DNA of 64,000 nucleotides. Source: Selaginella moellendorffii. Its lineage: Eukaryota > Plantae > Lycopodiophyta. The stretch spans positions 291,173 to 355,172 of the forward strand of contig NW_003314272.1 in the NCBI RefSeq assembly GCF_000143415.4, in the 5' to 3' direction. The stretch's first letter is position 1; each line of letters opens with the position of its first letter. Below the pieces are notes generated by a model, which saw only the letters and a program-made list of their open reading frames with translations, made no database searches and was not told the DNA's origin. The position numbers were made by a program, and so were the translations under genes. This document shows, piece by piece, positions 1 through 13,513 of this stretch.

Positions 1-769
1 CCTTCTCAAGCTGCTGGAGCTGCTGCTCCACTTCTGCGAGGAGAAACACTATAGTAAAGAAAGGAGCTTTTAAGGCTACGCACGACTTACCGGGGTTGAG
101 CTTCACTGAAGGGCTCCTTTCCTTGACCCATTCGTAGCTTTGAGACAGTCTCCAGCCTTTGTGTCGCATCAAATACGCTATAACAACTGCCGGGGATCTG
201 AAAAGGAAGACGAGAGTCTTATATCCATACTGTTTGATCCAAAAAGGATCACTCCACTATATGACCAACCTGCTTTGTCCGGACATACAATGGACGAGAA
301 CCTTCGCGTTGTTTTGCCGGCTTTTCTCTACACACAATCCATCTTCCGATAGAACCACGCAAACGAAAGAAAAGAAAAGTTACCGATGAAATCCAGGCAC
401 TCTTCCAGCGGTAATCTCTCCTCTTGTATGCAGTGATAAGTGAAAGAATTCTTGTAGAGATTCTGGCATCTCGCTACAGTCTAAGACAAACACCACAGTA
501 TGAGGATACCCTAGAAAGGAGGAGAGGAGAGATCTTACATTCAAGATGTGCGTAATTCCCTGCGCCTTGAGGAGCTCCGCCCTGGAGGCATTGTCGTAGC
601 TGCCGAGAAACAGGAAAGGCAAAATCTCCGCCGAGAAGGCGCTCTGCTGCGAACACTTCTCCTCGCCCGCCGTCCGGCGATGGCCACACACGCCGCAGGG
701 CTCGCCATCCTCGAATTTGTGGTAGTGATTGCAGATGAAGCACGGATTCTCCCTCTCCCGCTTCCTCAT
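1..769 (-). CDS. IBR5: Dual-specificity (MAPK) phosphatase, IBR5-like; 3' end runs off the window
   Basis: ATG at 769 gives MRKRERENPCFICNHYHKFEDGEPCGVCGHR. Exons 769-539, 480-384, 327-270, 197-91 and 33-1 with GT-AG introns give FLGSYDNASR and the catalytic motif VLVHCMSGQSRSPAVVIAYLM. Confidence 0.93.
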
Positions 770-963
770 GGCGCTCGCTCTCGCAAAGACGAGAGAAAGG
801 ACTATAAGAACCCTAATCAAAACCCAGAGCGGTTGGCTTGAAATGAGCCAATAAGTCTTTGCCACATCAGCGGCAAAGTTGAAAGGGCTGCCACGTCGGC
901 GGCCAAAGGGTTTTTACTTGGGCACTTCTTTGGTAGCAAGGCTCTCCCGCGCTGCTTGGGGCG
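770..963. promoter_or_regulatory. Very short bidirectional promoter between IBR5-like and gamma-tubulin
   Basis: Only 194 bp separate the two divergent ATGs. Contains telo-box-like AACCCTAA (~809), CCAAT (~848) and GCCACGTC (~890). Confidence 0.7.
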
Positions 964-3074
<2,111 letters not shown>

Positions 3075-3461
3075 CCAGCGCAGCGGTCGTGTTTGTACAC
3101 TCGCCACTTTCCTGTGCAGTTGAGTTTTCATACGATTTCCAGGTATTCTTCCTTCTCTCGCAGACGAACGCGTCAAAGCATCGCGTTTGTGTTAACTTAA
3201 AACGCGAGTGAGCGGCCAATTGTCCTGTAATCACACTGTGGAGGTGGCGTTTTTTCGTCGCTGTTCTATTCGTTGTCTCGAAAGATGCCAGTGACTCGAA
3301 GCTAACGCGAAAAGAACTCCGGAACTTACAACGTGCGCATTGGCCGCTCGAATATGAAAGAAGAATTCCAACAAACGTGGAACCCAGTTAGACCAAATGC
3401 GCGTATATGCTGACCCGCGGCAATGAATCCGCGCCGTCCGTTGCCGCGTGGCGCGTATATG

Positions 3462-3593
3462 AGCCGTCCGGGGGCCCTTTCTGGCCAAGTCGCGTAGATC
3501 GCAGCCGTCCGGTGGCCCTTTCTGGCCAAGTCGCGTAGATCGCAGCCGTCCGCGCCCGCCTTTTGATCTGGGCCATCGGTGCCTGGTATAAAA
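3462..3593 (+). promoter_or_regulatory. 41-bp tandem duplication with CGCG boxes, followed by a TATA box
   Basis: Unit AGCCGTCCGG(G/T)GGCCCTTTCTGGCCAAGTCGCGTAGATCGC at 3462-3502 and 3503-3543, partial third copy to 3552. TATAAAA at 3587-3593. Confidence 0.8.
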
Positions 3594-3641
3594 GGGCGAG
3601 GGCAATGGCCAATTCATCAGTTCAGCGTCTTCCACTGGTAG

Positions 3642-3824
3642 ATGAGTAAGGAGGCCTGTCGAATGCGATTTGGGATCCGGTGCTCCAGCATCTCTTTGCG
3701 GAGCCTCCAATCCTCGTTCCTCTTCAACGCGTCGCTCAAGCAGCAGATCGGCTTCGCGCATCACCACCTGGCGATCGAGCCCCCTGAAGCGGGGATCTCC
3801 TCGGCGATCTTGGAACCGCACTAG
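3642..3824 (+). CDS. Upstream ORF (60 aa) in the leader of the dicarboxylate carrier gene
   Basis: ATG lies about 50 nt downstream of the TATA box and the ORF stops 87 nt before the main ATG. Peptide MSKEACRMRFGIRCSSISLRSLQSSFLFNASLKQQIGFAHH... Confidence 0.6.
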   Translation: MSKEACRMRFGIRCSSISLRSLQSSFLFNASLKQQIGFAHHHLAIEPPEAGISSAILEPH

Positions 3825-3911
3825 ATCGGCCGATCGATCAGCGTCGAAATATCGCTGATTCTTCTTGATTCTTGGAAGGATCCACGCTCCACATTGAAAT
3901 ATCAGCAAGCG

Positions 3912-4850
3912 ATGGAGTGGAAGTCGTTCTTGGAGGGCGGCGTGGCGTCGATCGTCGCGGGATCGCTGACGCATCCCCTGGATCTCATCAAGGTTCGAAT
4001 GCAACTCCAAGTGGAGCCGATTCCCGTGGCCCAGGTCCATCAATCCCTGGCATTCGCGGGCGGGCACACGGCATCGATCGCGGCGGCGGCGCCAAGAACA
4101 GCGGGGCCGATCGCGGTTGGGATTAGGGTTGTCCAGACGGAGGGCGCGCGAGCTCTCTTTTCGGGCGTCTCGGCGGCGGTTCTTCGACAGACTCTCTACT
4201 CCACCACGCGCCTGGGGCTGTACGATGTGATGAAGAAGAAGTGGCAGGAGCCGGATGGGAGCTTGCCACTGCCCAAGAAGATCGGGGCGGGCCTGGTTGC
4301 TGGGGCGATCGGCGCGGCGGTGGGGAATCCAGCCGACGTCGCCATGGTCCGGATGCAAGCCGATGGGCGATTGCCCCTGGCGCAACGGAGGAACTACGCT
4401 GGCGTCGGCGACGCGCTCTTCCGGATGGCGCGCCAGGAAGGGATCAAGGCGCTGTGGACTGGATCGGGGCCGACTGTGCAGAGGGCGATGATCGTCACGG
4501 CGGCGCAGCTCGCGACTTACGATCAGACCAAGGAGGCGCTCCTCCGCAACCGCGTGACCAGGGATGGGTTTGGCACCCACGTCGCGGCCAGCTTCTCGGC
4601 GGGCTTCGTGGCGTCGGTGGCTTCCAACCCGATCGACGTGATCAAGACGAGGATCATGAATATGAGCGTCCAGGCCGGGGAGGAGGCGCCCTACAAGGGG
4701 ACGCTGGATTGCGCGGTGAAGACGATCAAGGCCGAGGGGCCGATGGCGCTCTACAAGGGATTCGTGCCCACGGTGTCGCGCCAGGGGCCATTTGCGGTGG
4801 TGCTGTTCGTGACGCTGGAGCAAATGCGATCGCTCCTCAAGAACGTTTGA
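3912..4850 (+). CDS. DIC: Mitochondrial dicarboxylate carrier / UCP4-5-like (SLC25), intronless, 312 aa
   Basis: Three carrier signatures PLDLIKVRMQ, PADVAMVRMQ and PIDVIKTRIM; also LRQTLYSTTRLGLY and RQGPF. The likely start is ATG 3912, not the TTG of the ORF track. Confidence 0.93.
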   Translation: MEWKSFLEGGVASIVAGSLTHPLDLIKVRMQLQVEPIPVAQVHQSLAFAGGHTASIAAAAPRTAGPIAVGIRVVQTEGARALFSGVSAAVLRQTLYSTTRLGLYDVMKKKWQEPDGSLPLPKKIGAGLVAGAIGAAVGNPADVAMVRMQADGRLPLAQRRNYAGVGDALFRMARQEGIKALWTGSGPTVQRAMIVTAAQLATYDQTKEALLRNRVTRDGFGTHVAASFSAGFVASVASNPIDVIKTRIMNMSVQAGEEAPYKGTLDCAVKTIKAEGPMALYKGFVPTVSRQGPFAVVLFVTLEQMRSLLKNV

Positions 4851-5539
4851 TCCAGCTCTCGATTCTTGAGATGGATCACTCCTGATTGTTTGGAGTTCCT
4901 TTTGATTATGACGAAGAAAATAAAGAACTAGAAGTGAATCTAACAGTGTTGTTGTATAGCGCTAGGCACCGACAAGCAAAGCTCCTTGGCTTGGAAGCTA
5001 ATTGTCCGAATAGAAAACCTCTATTGATATTTTGAGTGAAATCCCACCGTCCGGAGCGTGGCCGTCCACGTATCGCGGTCGTTGCGAGGTAGATCGCTTT
5101 CACGCAACGACTTTCACATGACTACCTCACAAAGATCGTTAAAAGTATACAGTCGAGCTAATGATTTTTCACTAGGGATGCCACGTGGACTGGTCCTCCA
5201 CCAACCAGGTAAATGCTGGCGGTGCCAGCTCGTCTATCAGGAGGGCCTTGATTACATGGCCAGCTCAGCAACAAGGAATGCTCGCTATGGTGGGTGTTGC
5301 TTTCGTTTTGTTAGGGTTCTTGAGGCCGCGAGGAGGAAGGGCGCAGCTATGGTGCTGCTAGGGTTCCACGATTCCGAGCAAGGTGGGTCTCTGTTCTTGG
5401 AGGGGAGGAGGTAGCGAAGACGGCATTCCAGGCTGCCACATTCGCCGTGGTCTGGAATCGCTAGAAAGATTTCGTGGATTTTGGTGCGCTCTAGCTCCCC
5501 GCTTCTCTCCTCTTGCATTGCGGTGCTGCGCTCGTCACA

Positions 5540-8014
5540 ATGCCGTCGAGCCCGAATTATAGCGTCCGGGCGCGCAAGGTTGAGAAGATTTTCAAGCAGT
5601 TTGATGGCAACGGCGATGGCCGGCTCAATCGCGACGAGATGGCAGCGCTGGTGATTGCTGTGAATCCCCGGGTGAAATTCAGCGATGAGCAGATCAGAGC
5701 TATCCTGGACGAGGTGTTTCGGACCTATGGAGAGTTCATCGATGGCAAGAAGGGGCTCACTTTCGACGGGCTCTTGAGGACTTACGACGATGGCGCCGGC
5801 GACGTGGACAGGGATTTCGATGCGCTGGGCTTGCAGCTGGAGAAAGACGATGGTGCTGGAGCTGGGACGGATGTGGAGAGCGTGGGAGACGAGAGCAGGA
5901 GTAGCGAGCGAACGGGGCTATCAAAGGCTGGTGGCGTGGTCTCGATCATGGACGAGAGACCGGAGGCTGCAAGCACCAAACGCAGGCAGAATGTAGGTGC
6001 TTGGGCGGCTTCACCCAACAATGGGATTGTCTACGACGATACGTGGAGACTCGTGGAGGATCTGGAAATTCTGCTTCGACGAGCCGAGGCCAAGATCGAG
6101 GCACGGAGGAAAGCGAAGCTGAGCAGGAAGAAATCGTCGTCGGCTAATGGTGTGGATGTCTCCGGCCAGCTTGCGGGTGGTGACGAAGTCGTGAGAAGAA
6201 CCATGCACGACCTCGGGACGGAGTCATCGGTTTACCAAAAGGCTCTGGGAGATCTTCGCCAGAAAGCTGATGCTTCGAGAACGCAGGACGAGGCGTTTGA
6301 TGCACATATGGCCATGGGACGCTCGCTCTTTGATCACAAGTTCTACGAGGAAGCTCTGATCTGCTTCAAGAGAGCGACTGAGCTCCGGCCAACCGACGTG
6401 CGACCGCATTTTCGGACGGGCAACACTCTTTACTCGCTCGAGAAGTTTTTGGAAGCACGAGAAGCGTACGAGCTGGCCTTGGATGCTGCAAACACCGGAA
6501 ATCCTCAGTGGACCAATCTTGTTCCGCAGATCCACGTCAACTTGGGAGTTGCTCTGGAAGGCGAAGGCATGCTGCTGAACGCTTGTGAGCACTACAGAGA
6601 AGCAGCGATACTCCATCCTCCTCACTATCGAGCTCTTAAACTTCTGGGAAGCGGCCTGTATGGCGTTGGCGAATACAGAGCGGCAGAAAAGGCTCTCGGC
6701 GAAGCGATCTTTTTGAAGTCGGACTATGCTGATGCTCACTGCGATCTCGGGTCTGTTCTTCATGCTTTGGGGGACGATGAAAGAGCCATAGTGGAGTTCC
6801 AGAAGGCTATTGATATCAAGCCGGATCACATGGACGCACTGTACAACCTTGGAGGACTGTTGCGTGACACAGGGAGGTTTCAGAGAGCAGCAGAGGTTTA
6901 CTCGAGGGTGCTGTCTTTGAATCCTAGTCACTGGCAAGCGCAGCTAAACAGAGCGGTTTCTTTACTCGGTGCCGGTGATACCGAGGAAGCAAGGAAGGCG
7001 CTGAAAGAAGCCTTCAAGATGACAAACCGGGTCGAGCTTTATGATGCTATCGGCCACCTCAAGCACCTCCAGAAGAAACCGAAGGGACTGAATGGAATGA
7101 TCAAAGGTGCCCAGGATGTCGAGCGCAGCGACAGTGGCTTTGTCATCGCAGATCCGTCAACTTTCACAAGAGTTTCCAACAAAACGACACCTCGACCGTG
7201 GATTGCGCACGCTCTTAAGATCCGGGCTTTTCAGAAGCATACCAGGCTCCATCGCTGCAACCTCGCCAGCTTGAGCAAAGAGATGGCAAACAAACCATCG
7301 GCATCTCAAACAGCCGGTACAGCCGGGCACATTTCGGAGGCGCTCATACGCAAGGCAGATCTTGAGAAGTCTCTGAGGAGAATGCTCGGCTTCTTGCCAC
7401 CGACTACTTTCCAGTCGGCGGTGAAGGCAATCAACGAGAAAGTGCTGAGCGTGCTGGACAAAGTAGGCTCTGGTCGAGTGGACCTGGGAATGTTCTTGGC
7501 GACAATAGCACCGCTCTGCGCAGGTCCAGTCGACAAGAGGAAGCGGACGGCTTTCGACTGCCTGGTGCACCGATCGACCAAGGGACTGGGTGCCGAGATC
7601 GTCAAGTCGGACGCTAAAACGTACTTCAAGCACCTGCGAGCCATTTACTTATCCTCCGAGTCGACGAGCGAGCTGTGGGAAGTTCGTGGCGAAGACGAAC
7701 ACGCCAACATCTCGTATCCCGAGTTCGTGGAGATGTTTGACGACCGGGACTGGGCCTTTGGCGTTCTGCACACCGTGGTGAAGCTCGAGGCCGGGGACCG
7801 AGTTCGTCACAACGGGATAGCCTGCGCGGTGTGCTCGTATCCCATAACAGGTCCTCGTTTCAAGGAGACAAACGCCAACTTCAGCCTGTGCTCTACGTGC
7901 TACGGCGATGGAAAAGTCCCGGATCACCCCAAGCAGGAGAGCTACTCCTTCCGGGAGTACAACTCGGAGACGGACGCTGTCAAGGACAAGCTACGATTCC
8001 TCGGAAGGTCATAG
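5540..8014 (+). CDS. EF-hand + TPR + ZZ zinc-finger protein (At1g05150/At2g32450-like), intronless
   Basis: N-terminal EF-hand FDGNGDGRLNRDE, multiple TPRs (YADAHCDLGSVLHALG, HMDALYNLGG), and C-terminal CAVC...CSTC ZZ finger. Confidence 0.9.
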   Translation: MPSSPNYSVRARKVEKIFKQFDGNGDGRLNRDEMAALVIAVNPRVKFSDEQIRAILDEVFRTYGEFIDGKKGLTFDGLLRTYDDGAGDVDRDFDALGLQLEKDDGAGAGTDVESVGDESRSSERTGLSKAGGVVSIMDERPEAASTKRRQNVGAWAASPNNGIVYDDTWRLVEDLEILLRRAEAKIEARRKAKLSRKKSSSANGVDVSGQLAGGDEVVRRTMHDLGTESSVYQKALGDLRQKADASRTQDEAFDAHMAMGRSLFDHKFYEEALICFKRATELRPTDVRPHFRTGNTLYSLEKFLEAREAYELALDAANTGNPQWTNLVPQIHVNLGVALEGEGMLLNACEHYREAAILHPPHYRALKLLGSGLYGVGEYRAAEKALGEAIFLKSDYADAHCDLGSVLHALGDDERAIVEFQKAIDIKPDHMDALYNLGGLLRDTGRFQRAAEVYSRVLSLNPSHWQAQLNRAVSLLGAGDTEEARKALKEAFKMTNRVELYDAIGHLKHLQKKPKGLNGMIKGAQDVERSDSGFVIADPSTFTRVSNKTTPRPWIAHALKIRAFQKHTRLHRCNLASLSKEMANKPSASQTAGTAGHISEALIRKADLEKSLRRMLGFLPPTTFQSAVKAINEKVLSVLDKVGSGRVDLGMFLATIAPLCAGPVDKRKRTAFDCLVHRSTKGLGAEIVKSDAKTYFKHLRAIYLSSESTSELWEVRGEDEHANISYPEFVEMFDDRDWAFGVLHTVVKLEAGDRVRHNGIACAVCSYPITGPRFKETNANFSLCSTCYGDGKVPDHPKQESYSFREYNSETDAVKDKLRFLGRS

Positions 8015-8863
8015 AAAGGGAGTTCTTCTGCTGGTGCTCAGTACCCCTGCCAAATTGGTGGGTACGTATCCTTTTCCTGTTGTTTTCTTCCCGTTACTCG
8101 CTGCTCATCGTCGCTTTCATTCGCAGGTGCTAGCTACCAGCAGAAGCTGTGTGTAGATATACGTCGTGGTTACTGGTTGGAAGATTTTCATGGTCGACGA
8201 GAGAAATAAGCCAGTGTAATGTGAAGAACGAAAGAAAAGTCTGGTGAGCTTTTCTTTGCTTTTTCTTTTTGCTTCTTCTTGTGTGTGTTGAACTTCGAGA
8301 TAATCCAGATATGTTTTGTTTATCCAATCGATGAGGATATCTTGCGTCGGTGGACAAAGAGAATTCCATCACAGGAAATCTTTTAAGCTCGTCACACTGA
8401 GCGGATTGATCGGGACAAAAAAGAAGAACCGATCATCCAGAGCTAAGTTTAATCTCAAGACTTTGACCCTCGAGGAGTACCTGGGTACTTAGTGGAGATT
8501 ACGTCGGGCTCTGCTTATTCTACTAACTTCTCGCCTTTTCGATGCATGTAAGACGTCGCGATCCGGCTGGGACTATGGAAGAAAAGTCAGATCACGGGGC
8601 ACACAAAAAAAAGAGATGGAGAGAGAGAAGTGGAGGAAATTTTCGAGCAAGAGGGCTTGAGAGCTCACATGAAATGAGAGAAGTAAGTAGCGTATAAAAA
8701 TGTCGGTGTTCTAAAGGGAAGAACTCCCGGTTCTACGCGAAAGGCGATGGTGGTATGAGAACGGTGGGTCATATCAATGAAAGTGGGAAAGAAAGGGGGC
8801 AAAAGTTGTCAAGGAAAGAAATAGAGTGATCTCTTCTCTCTCGTCTAGAGCTGGATTTAGGTC

Positions 8864-8918
<55 letters not shown>
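8864..8918. repeat. Compound (GT)n(GA)n microsatellite
   Basis: Directly visible upstream of the hydrolase gene. Confidence 0.95.
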
Positions 8919-9197
8919 CTCTTCTTGTGTAACGCTCTCTTCTTCCTTTCTAGCGATTAGCCTTCGAGGGAAGATTTTAGGGCGCGCTTGTGCTTGTGGA
9001 CGCGGTCACCGGTTCTTCGCAATTTGGGCGCGATTTGTGGCTCTTCTAGGGCGGGCAATGCGGGCGCTGGAATGCAGACTGGACATGGGAGCTGGCGCCG
9101 GGGGATGAGAGCCATGGGGGAAGGATCCAGGGCTTCTTCTTGTTCTTCCTCCTCCCTTCCTTCTCCCTCGTCGCCCTGCTAGGAATCACACTGCAAT

Positions 9198-11597
9198 ATG
9201 ATCGATCAGCTGGTCAACTTCGTAATTCGCCCTCCCAGGTGAGCAAATTCCCCCGCCGCGATTCCACTGCTCATCGAAATTCCTCTTTCTTTTGTCTGGC
9301 ACAGGGCGGATTATATGCCCTCCCATGATCTACTGGAGCGCGAGTTTGTGCTCAAGGGACATAGATACGAGCGTAAAGACTTAGAGGCAAGTTTGTTCGT
9401 TAAAATAGTTCTCGTCTTTATCATCTTTTGGCCGCGTTCTAAAAGCTTCCTTCGTCTCTTCTCTACGAGCAGATTACCAACAGTCGCGGCCACGTACTGC
9501 AATGCAGCCATTACAGACCACGTCCTCTACCGGAAGATGTCTCGCTTCCTTGCGTGATTTATTGCCATGGAAACAGGTTTGTCCAGAGGAATTTACTTCC
9601 ACTTCTTTATTCTTTGGCTGTGGTTTTGGCAGTGGGTGCCGAGCTGATGCAAACGAGGCTGCCATAATTTTGCTCCCCTCGAACATCACCGTCTTCACGC
9701 TTGATTTCTCTGGCTCGGGTCTGTCTGAAGGGAAGTATGTTAGCTTAGGCTGGAATGAGGTATGATCTATCATCTCCTTTGTTTTGTTTTTCCTGACTTT
9801 GATATTTTAGACTGATGATCTCAAGGCTGTTGTAACGCATCTTCGCAAGGACAAACAAGTCAGCCTCGTTGGTTTGTGGGGACGTTCGATGGGAGCTGTG
9901 ACCAGGTTTGTAAAAGCACGGTTTGCTGACAAGTTGGATTGACTTTCTTGGATATTGTTGTGCAGTCTTTTCTATGGAGCACAAGATCCATCCATCGCTG
10001 GGATGGTTCTGGATAGTCCATTTTCCAACTTGTTTGAGCTTATGCTAGAGCTTGTAGACGTGTACAAAATTCGACTTCCTAAGTTTACAGTAAGTGATGG
10101 TTTGCGTTGTGGCGGATGCAAAACTCGGTTTTCTTTGTATAGGTAAAGGTAGCTGTTCAATATATGCGGAGGCTAATCCTTAAGAGAGCTCAATTTGACA
10201 TTATGGACCTCGACGTTATAAAGGTTTGCTGAGCAAAGCAAAGAGTTCTTTAAGCTATGTACAGGAGTATTTTTGTGCTGTCAGGTAGCTCAGAAAAACT
10301 TCGTACCGGTGTTATTTGGTCATGCAACTGAAGACTTGTTTATTCAACCTCACCATTCAGATGCGATATTTAAGGCGTATGGAGTATGTTATCGTTTTCT
10401 CCTCTGAGTTATAACTTGGACTTGCAAAATTACCAGGGAGACAAGAACATCATTAAGTTTGAGGGAGATCACAACTCTGCCAGGCCCCAGTTTTATTACG
10501 ACTCAGTCACCATTTTCTTTTACAATGTGCTGCGTCCACCTAGCGAGACCTACGCGGAATCGGTGCCAGTTCCTGATCCTTTGTATTATGACGTAAACGG
10601 ATATGTCTTTGACGAGGACATTGATGAGGTAGTTTGCGCACGCTTGCCGTTTGAAGTCTGCTGACAAAAGGTTTTCTCGACTTTAGAACATGCTATACGA
10701 GATCATGAAGGGAATGCAAGCTGCAAACCCCAAGCCTGACGAAAATGGTGCAACATCGCAAGCACAACAAAGAGTCGTAGGAGGTACAATATTTTCTCCT
10801 TCACTGGACGAGAAGCATAAAGTTTTTATATTCAGGAGCCGCTGCTAAAACAGACTCCAGTTCTACGGAGGACGCCATCAATCAATCACGCTCTCGGTGG
10901 CAAATGAGTAGGACTGTTGTATGTAGTGTGCTGCTGCTCTTGTCATTTGGTGCTTGCATGATTAATTGTTCCTTTTCGCTTGCGCAGGTTCCTTACGACA
11001 ATACAGAGCAAGTAGAAGACGCTGCGGAGCTAATGAAGAGGATGGACCAATGTGGCGAGTCTGCCTCTTGTTTACATACTACTGAGGTTAGCTGCTCAAT
11101 AACTTAACTCTTCGTTGTCTAAAATCGTTTCTAAATTCTCCAGGCCGAGCAAAACGATGCCTGCTCCCGGTGCGTCTCCAGCTCCGTATCAAATGGCCTC
11201 GATGATTCGTGGCGAGGAGAAACCGGCTCGGATTCATTCCAAGTTTCACCCAGCTCGTCCGATGGCTTTGCCCACTTCCCATCCACGTTTGACGACGAAG
11301 AGAGGGTGAGTAGCGCTTGATCCTCGCGTAGCTAAGTTGGAGGCTCTTCAACTTTGTGTTTAAACGACTTTATACTCGCAGATGGTGATGGAAGCGATTG
11401 CTGCGTCTCTGGAAGAGATGAGCCTCCGATCCAAAGAAGCGGCGTCCAGGTCTCAAGGTGCTGCTGCTCCTGTTGCTGTTACTGCTGCGAGCCCAACAGC
11501 GTCGACGAGCAGTAAGCTCGAAACGTTTGGCCAAAGGCTGCGAAGTGGGCTGTTTAGAGGCATGAACAAACGAAGCAACAGCTCTCACTCCTCCTAA
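9198..11597 (+). CDS. Alpha/beta-hydrolase (YqkD-like plant family), multi-exon
   Basis: MIDQLVNFVIRPPR start, PCVIYCHGNSGCRADA, LDFSGSGLSEG, nucleophile LWGRSMGAVT and EGDHNSARP. C-terminal exons are less certain. Confidence 0.88.
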
Positions 11598-11821
11598 GAT
11601 GCTTGTATTTTTCTGTTGATCTTTTCACATTGATTTGATTTTTCACTGTAAAAATAATATCAGCAACTTTTGTGGAAAAGCTTAACTAAGTGATAATTAA
11701 ATTAGAATTCAATATCTTGCGATGGCGTCTCTGTGGCATGGCTTTGTTACTCTAGAATTATAAACTATGCCTCCGGTGGATCTCTTGCCTCCGGATGCCG
11801 GAGAGGGCCGGATTATGCAGT

Positions 11822-13513
11822 GAGTGAATTCCAGTAATTTCGGAGAGGGAAAAGCTAACTGGAAGTCTTGATTCCAGCCATCCAGTCAAGAACTGCCACT
11901 TTGCATGTCGTTTACTTATCATCGATTCTCTTTGATAGATTTTCTTTGCAAAAGAAGCTTTAGATCATGCCTCGCGCACTAAGTTTGTTCTTCTTCATTC
12001 TCTTGGAGGCTGCTGCGGTGACCTCTCCGCCAGTGAAGAATGAAACAGGTATATAACCATTTTCACAATCCCTTGTGTCCCATCTCAGATTCGCCTGCCT
12101 CCAATCGCAATTGTTTTCTATGATCTCAAGTCTTGATTGATGTTCCTGAAAAGATCGCATTCGCTTGCATGCTTTGGTATGCACATAGTTCTTCAATGTT
12201 TTTCCTTCCACAGTGATGGATACGACTGCTAAGCAACTGGATTCCAATTCCACTGCAAAAATTGCGAGATCTGAGTAAAATAATCCTATTTTGAAGACAA
12301 TATTCTTGACATGATCATGTTGTTATAGCAGCCAACCATCATCTCTGGTTCTGATATATGGATCCCATCTTGACTACATTTACGATTTTAATCCTTGACA
12401 TAGTGATCATAGGAAAAAAATCTAAATATAAATCCATTTGGCTGGGTCTTTAAAAAATGTTGTATAGCATCGAAATTATATTGATATAGGTTAATCATTC
12501 AAACTTAACAGCACTGGAGCACTCCCTCGATGTTCTAGATGCAATCGTCCAAAGTGCTATCTATTGAGACCCGTGATCGCAGCGGGCAGCCACGTTGATC
12601 CCAGGTGATGTTGAAGCATCACAAAACGAAGTTGGATGAGCATTCGAGGGGGACCTAACTCTATATGGATGCATCCTATACACTTATTAGTCCTCCCAGT
12701 CCAATGGTGCTGCCCATGGAATTGCTAACATCGATAGAGGCTTCAAACCGGATGTGCTGCAAAGGACTCTGTACATATCACTGCAAGATCGTTGTGTGAG
12801 AGATCCAAGCCAAATTTAATAAATGTGAGTTTTATGATTCTCGCGAGTGAATTCCAGTAATTTCGGAGAGGGAAAAGCTAACTGGAAGTCTGGTTTCCAG
12901 CCATCCAGTCAAGAACTGCCACTGTGCATGTCGTTTCACTGGTTGACCTTTCCCGGCAGTATATATATACAATCTCCACGCAAAACGCTGATCATATCAT
13001 CCATCTCTTTCTCACTTTGATAGATTTTCTTTGCAAAAGAAGCTCTAGATTATGTCTCGCGCACTAAGTTTGTTCTTCTTCGTTCTCTTGGTGGCTGCTG
13101 CGGTGACCTCTCGGCCAGTGAAGAATGAAACAGGTATATAAATCTCTCCAATCTCGACTGGAATTCGCCTATCTCCAACCGCAATTGTTTTCGATGATCT
13201 CTAATCTCGATTGAAGAACATCAAGTTCCTGAAAAATCCATGCCTACATTCGCTTGCATGATTTGCAGATTGTAGCTATGCAAAGTGTCACCTGGTTCTT
13301 ACGTGTTTACAATCGTTTTTTTCTTCCACAGTGATGGCTACAACTGCTAAGCAACTGGATTCGTCACCATCGTCCACGAGACCTGAGGTAACACAATCCT
13401 GTATTTTTTAAAACAGCATTCTTGACATTATCGTGTTGTTAATATAGCAGCCAATCATCTCTGGTGATCAGGAGCAGCAAGCCCATGTCGACTACATTTA
13501 CGATTTTAATCCT
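11822..13513 (+). repeat. Local direct duplication (~11822-12396 and ~12845-13513)
   Basis: Both copies start GAGTGAATTCCAGTAATTTCGGAGAGGGAAAAGCTAACTGGAAGTC and end GACTACATTTACGATTTTAATCCT. Confidence 0.9.
11967..12398 (+). CDS. Small secreted peptide precursor, phytosulfokine-like, copy 1 (70 aa)
   Basis: Exons 11967-12048, 12214-12274, 12329-12398 (GT-AG) give MPRALSLFFFILLEAAAVTSPPVKNETVMDTTAKQLDSNSTAKIARSDSQPSSLVLIYGSHLDYIYDFNP*. Confidence 0.62.

Noticed and set aside
34-90. 42-nt intron in IBR5 using the AG at 49-50
   Set aside because: The acceptor at 34-35 (57-nt intron) gives PEVEQQLQQLE, which fits the family better.
3231-4823. 530-aa minus-strand ORF and other long ORFs overlapping DIC, the TPR gene and PHT1
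   Set aside because: Antisense or alternate-frame shadows of GC3-rich coding sequence, with no recognisable motifs.
11960-12253. 97-aa minus-strand ORF in the duplicated block
   Set aside because: Not preserved in copy 2, whereas the plus-strand spliced model has a signal peptide, splice sites and a conserved C-terminus in both copies.
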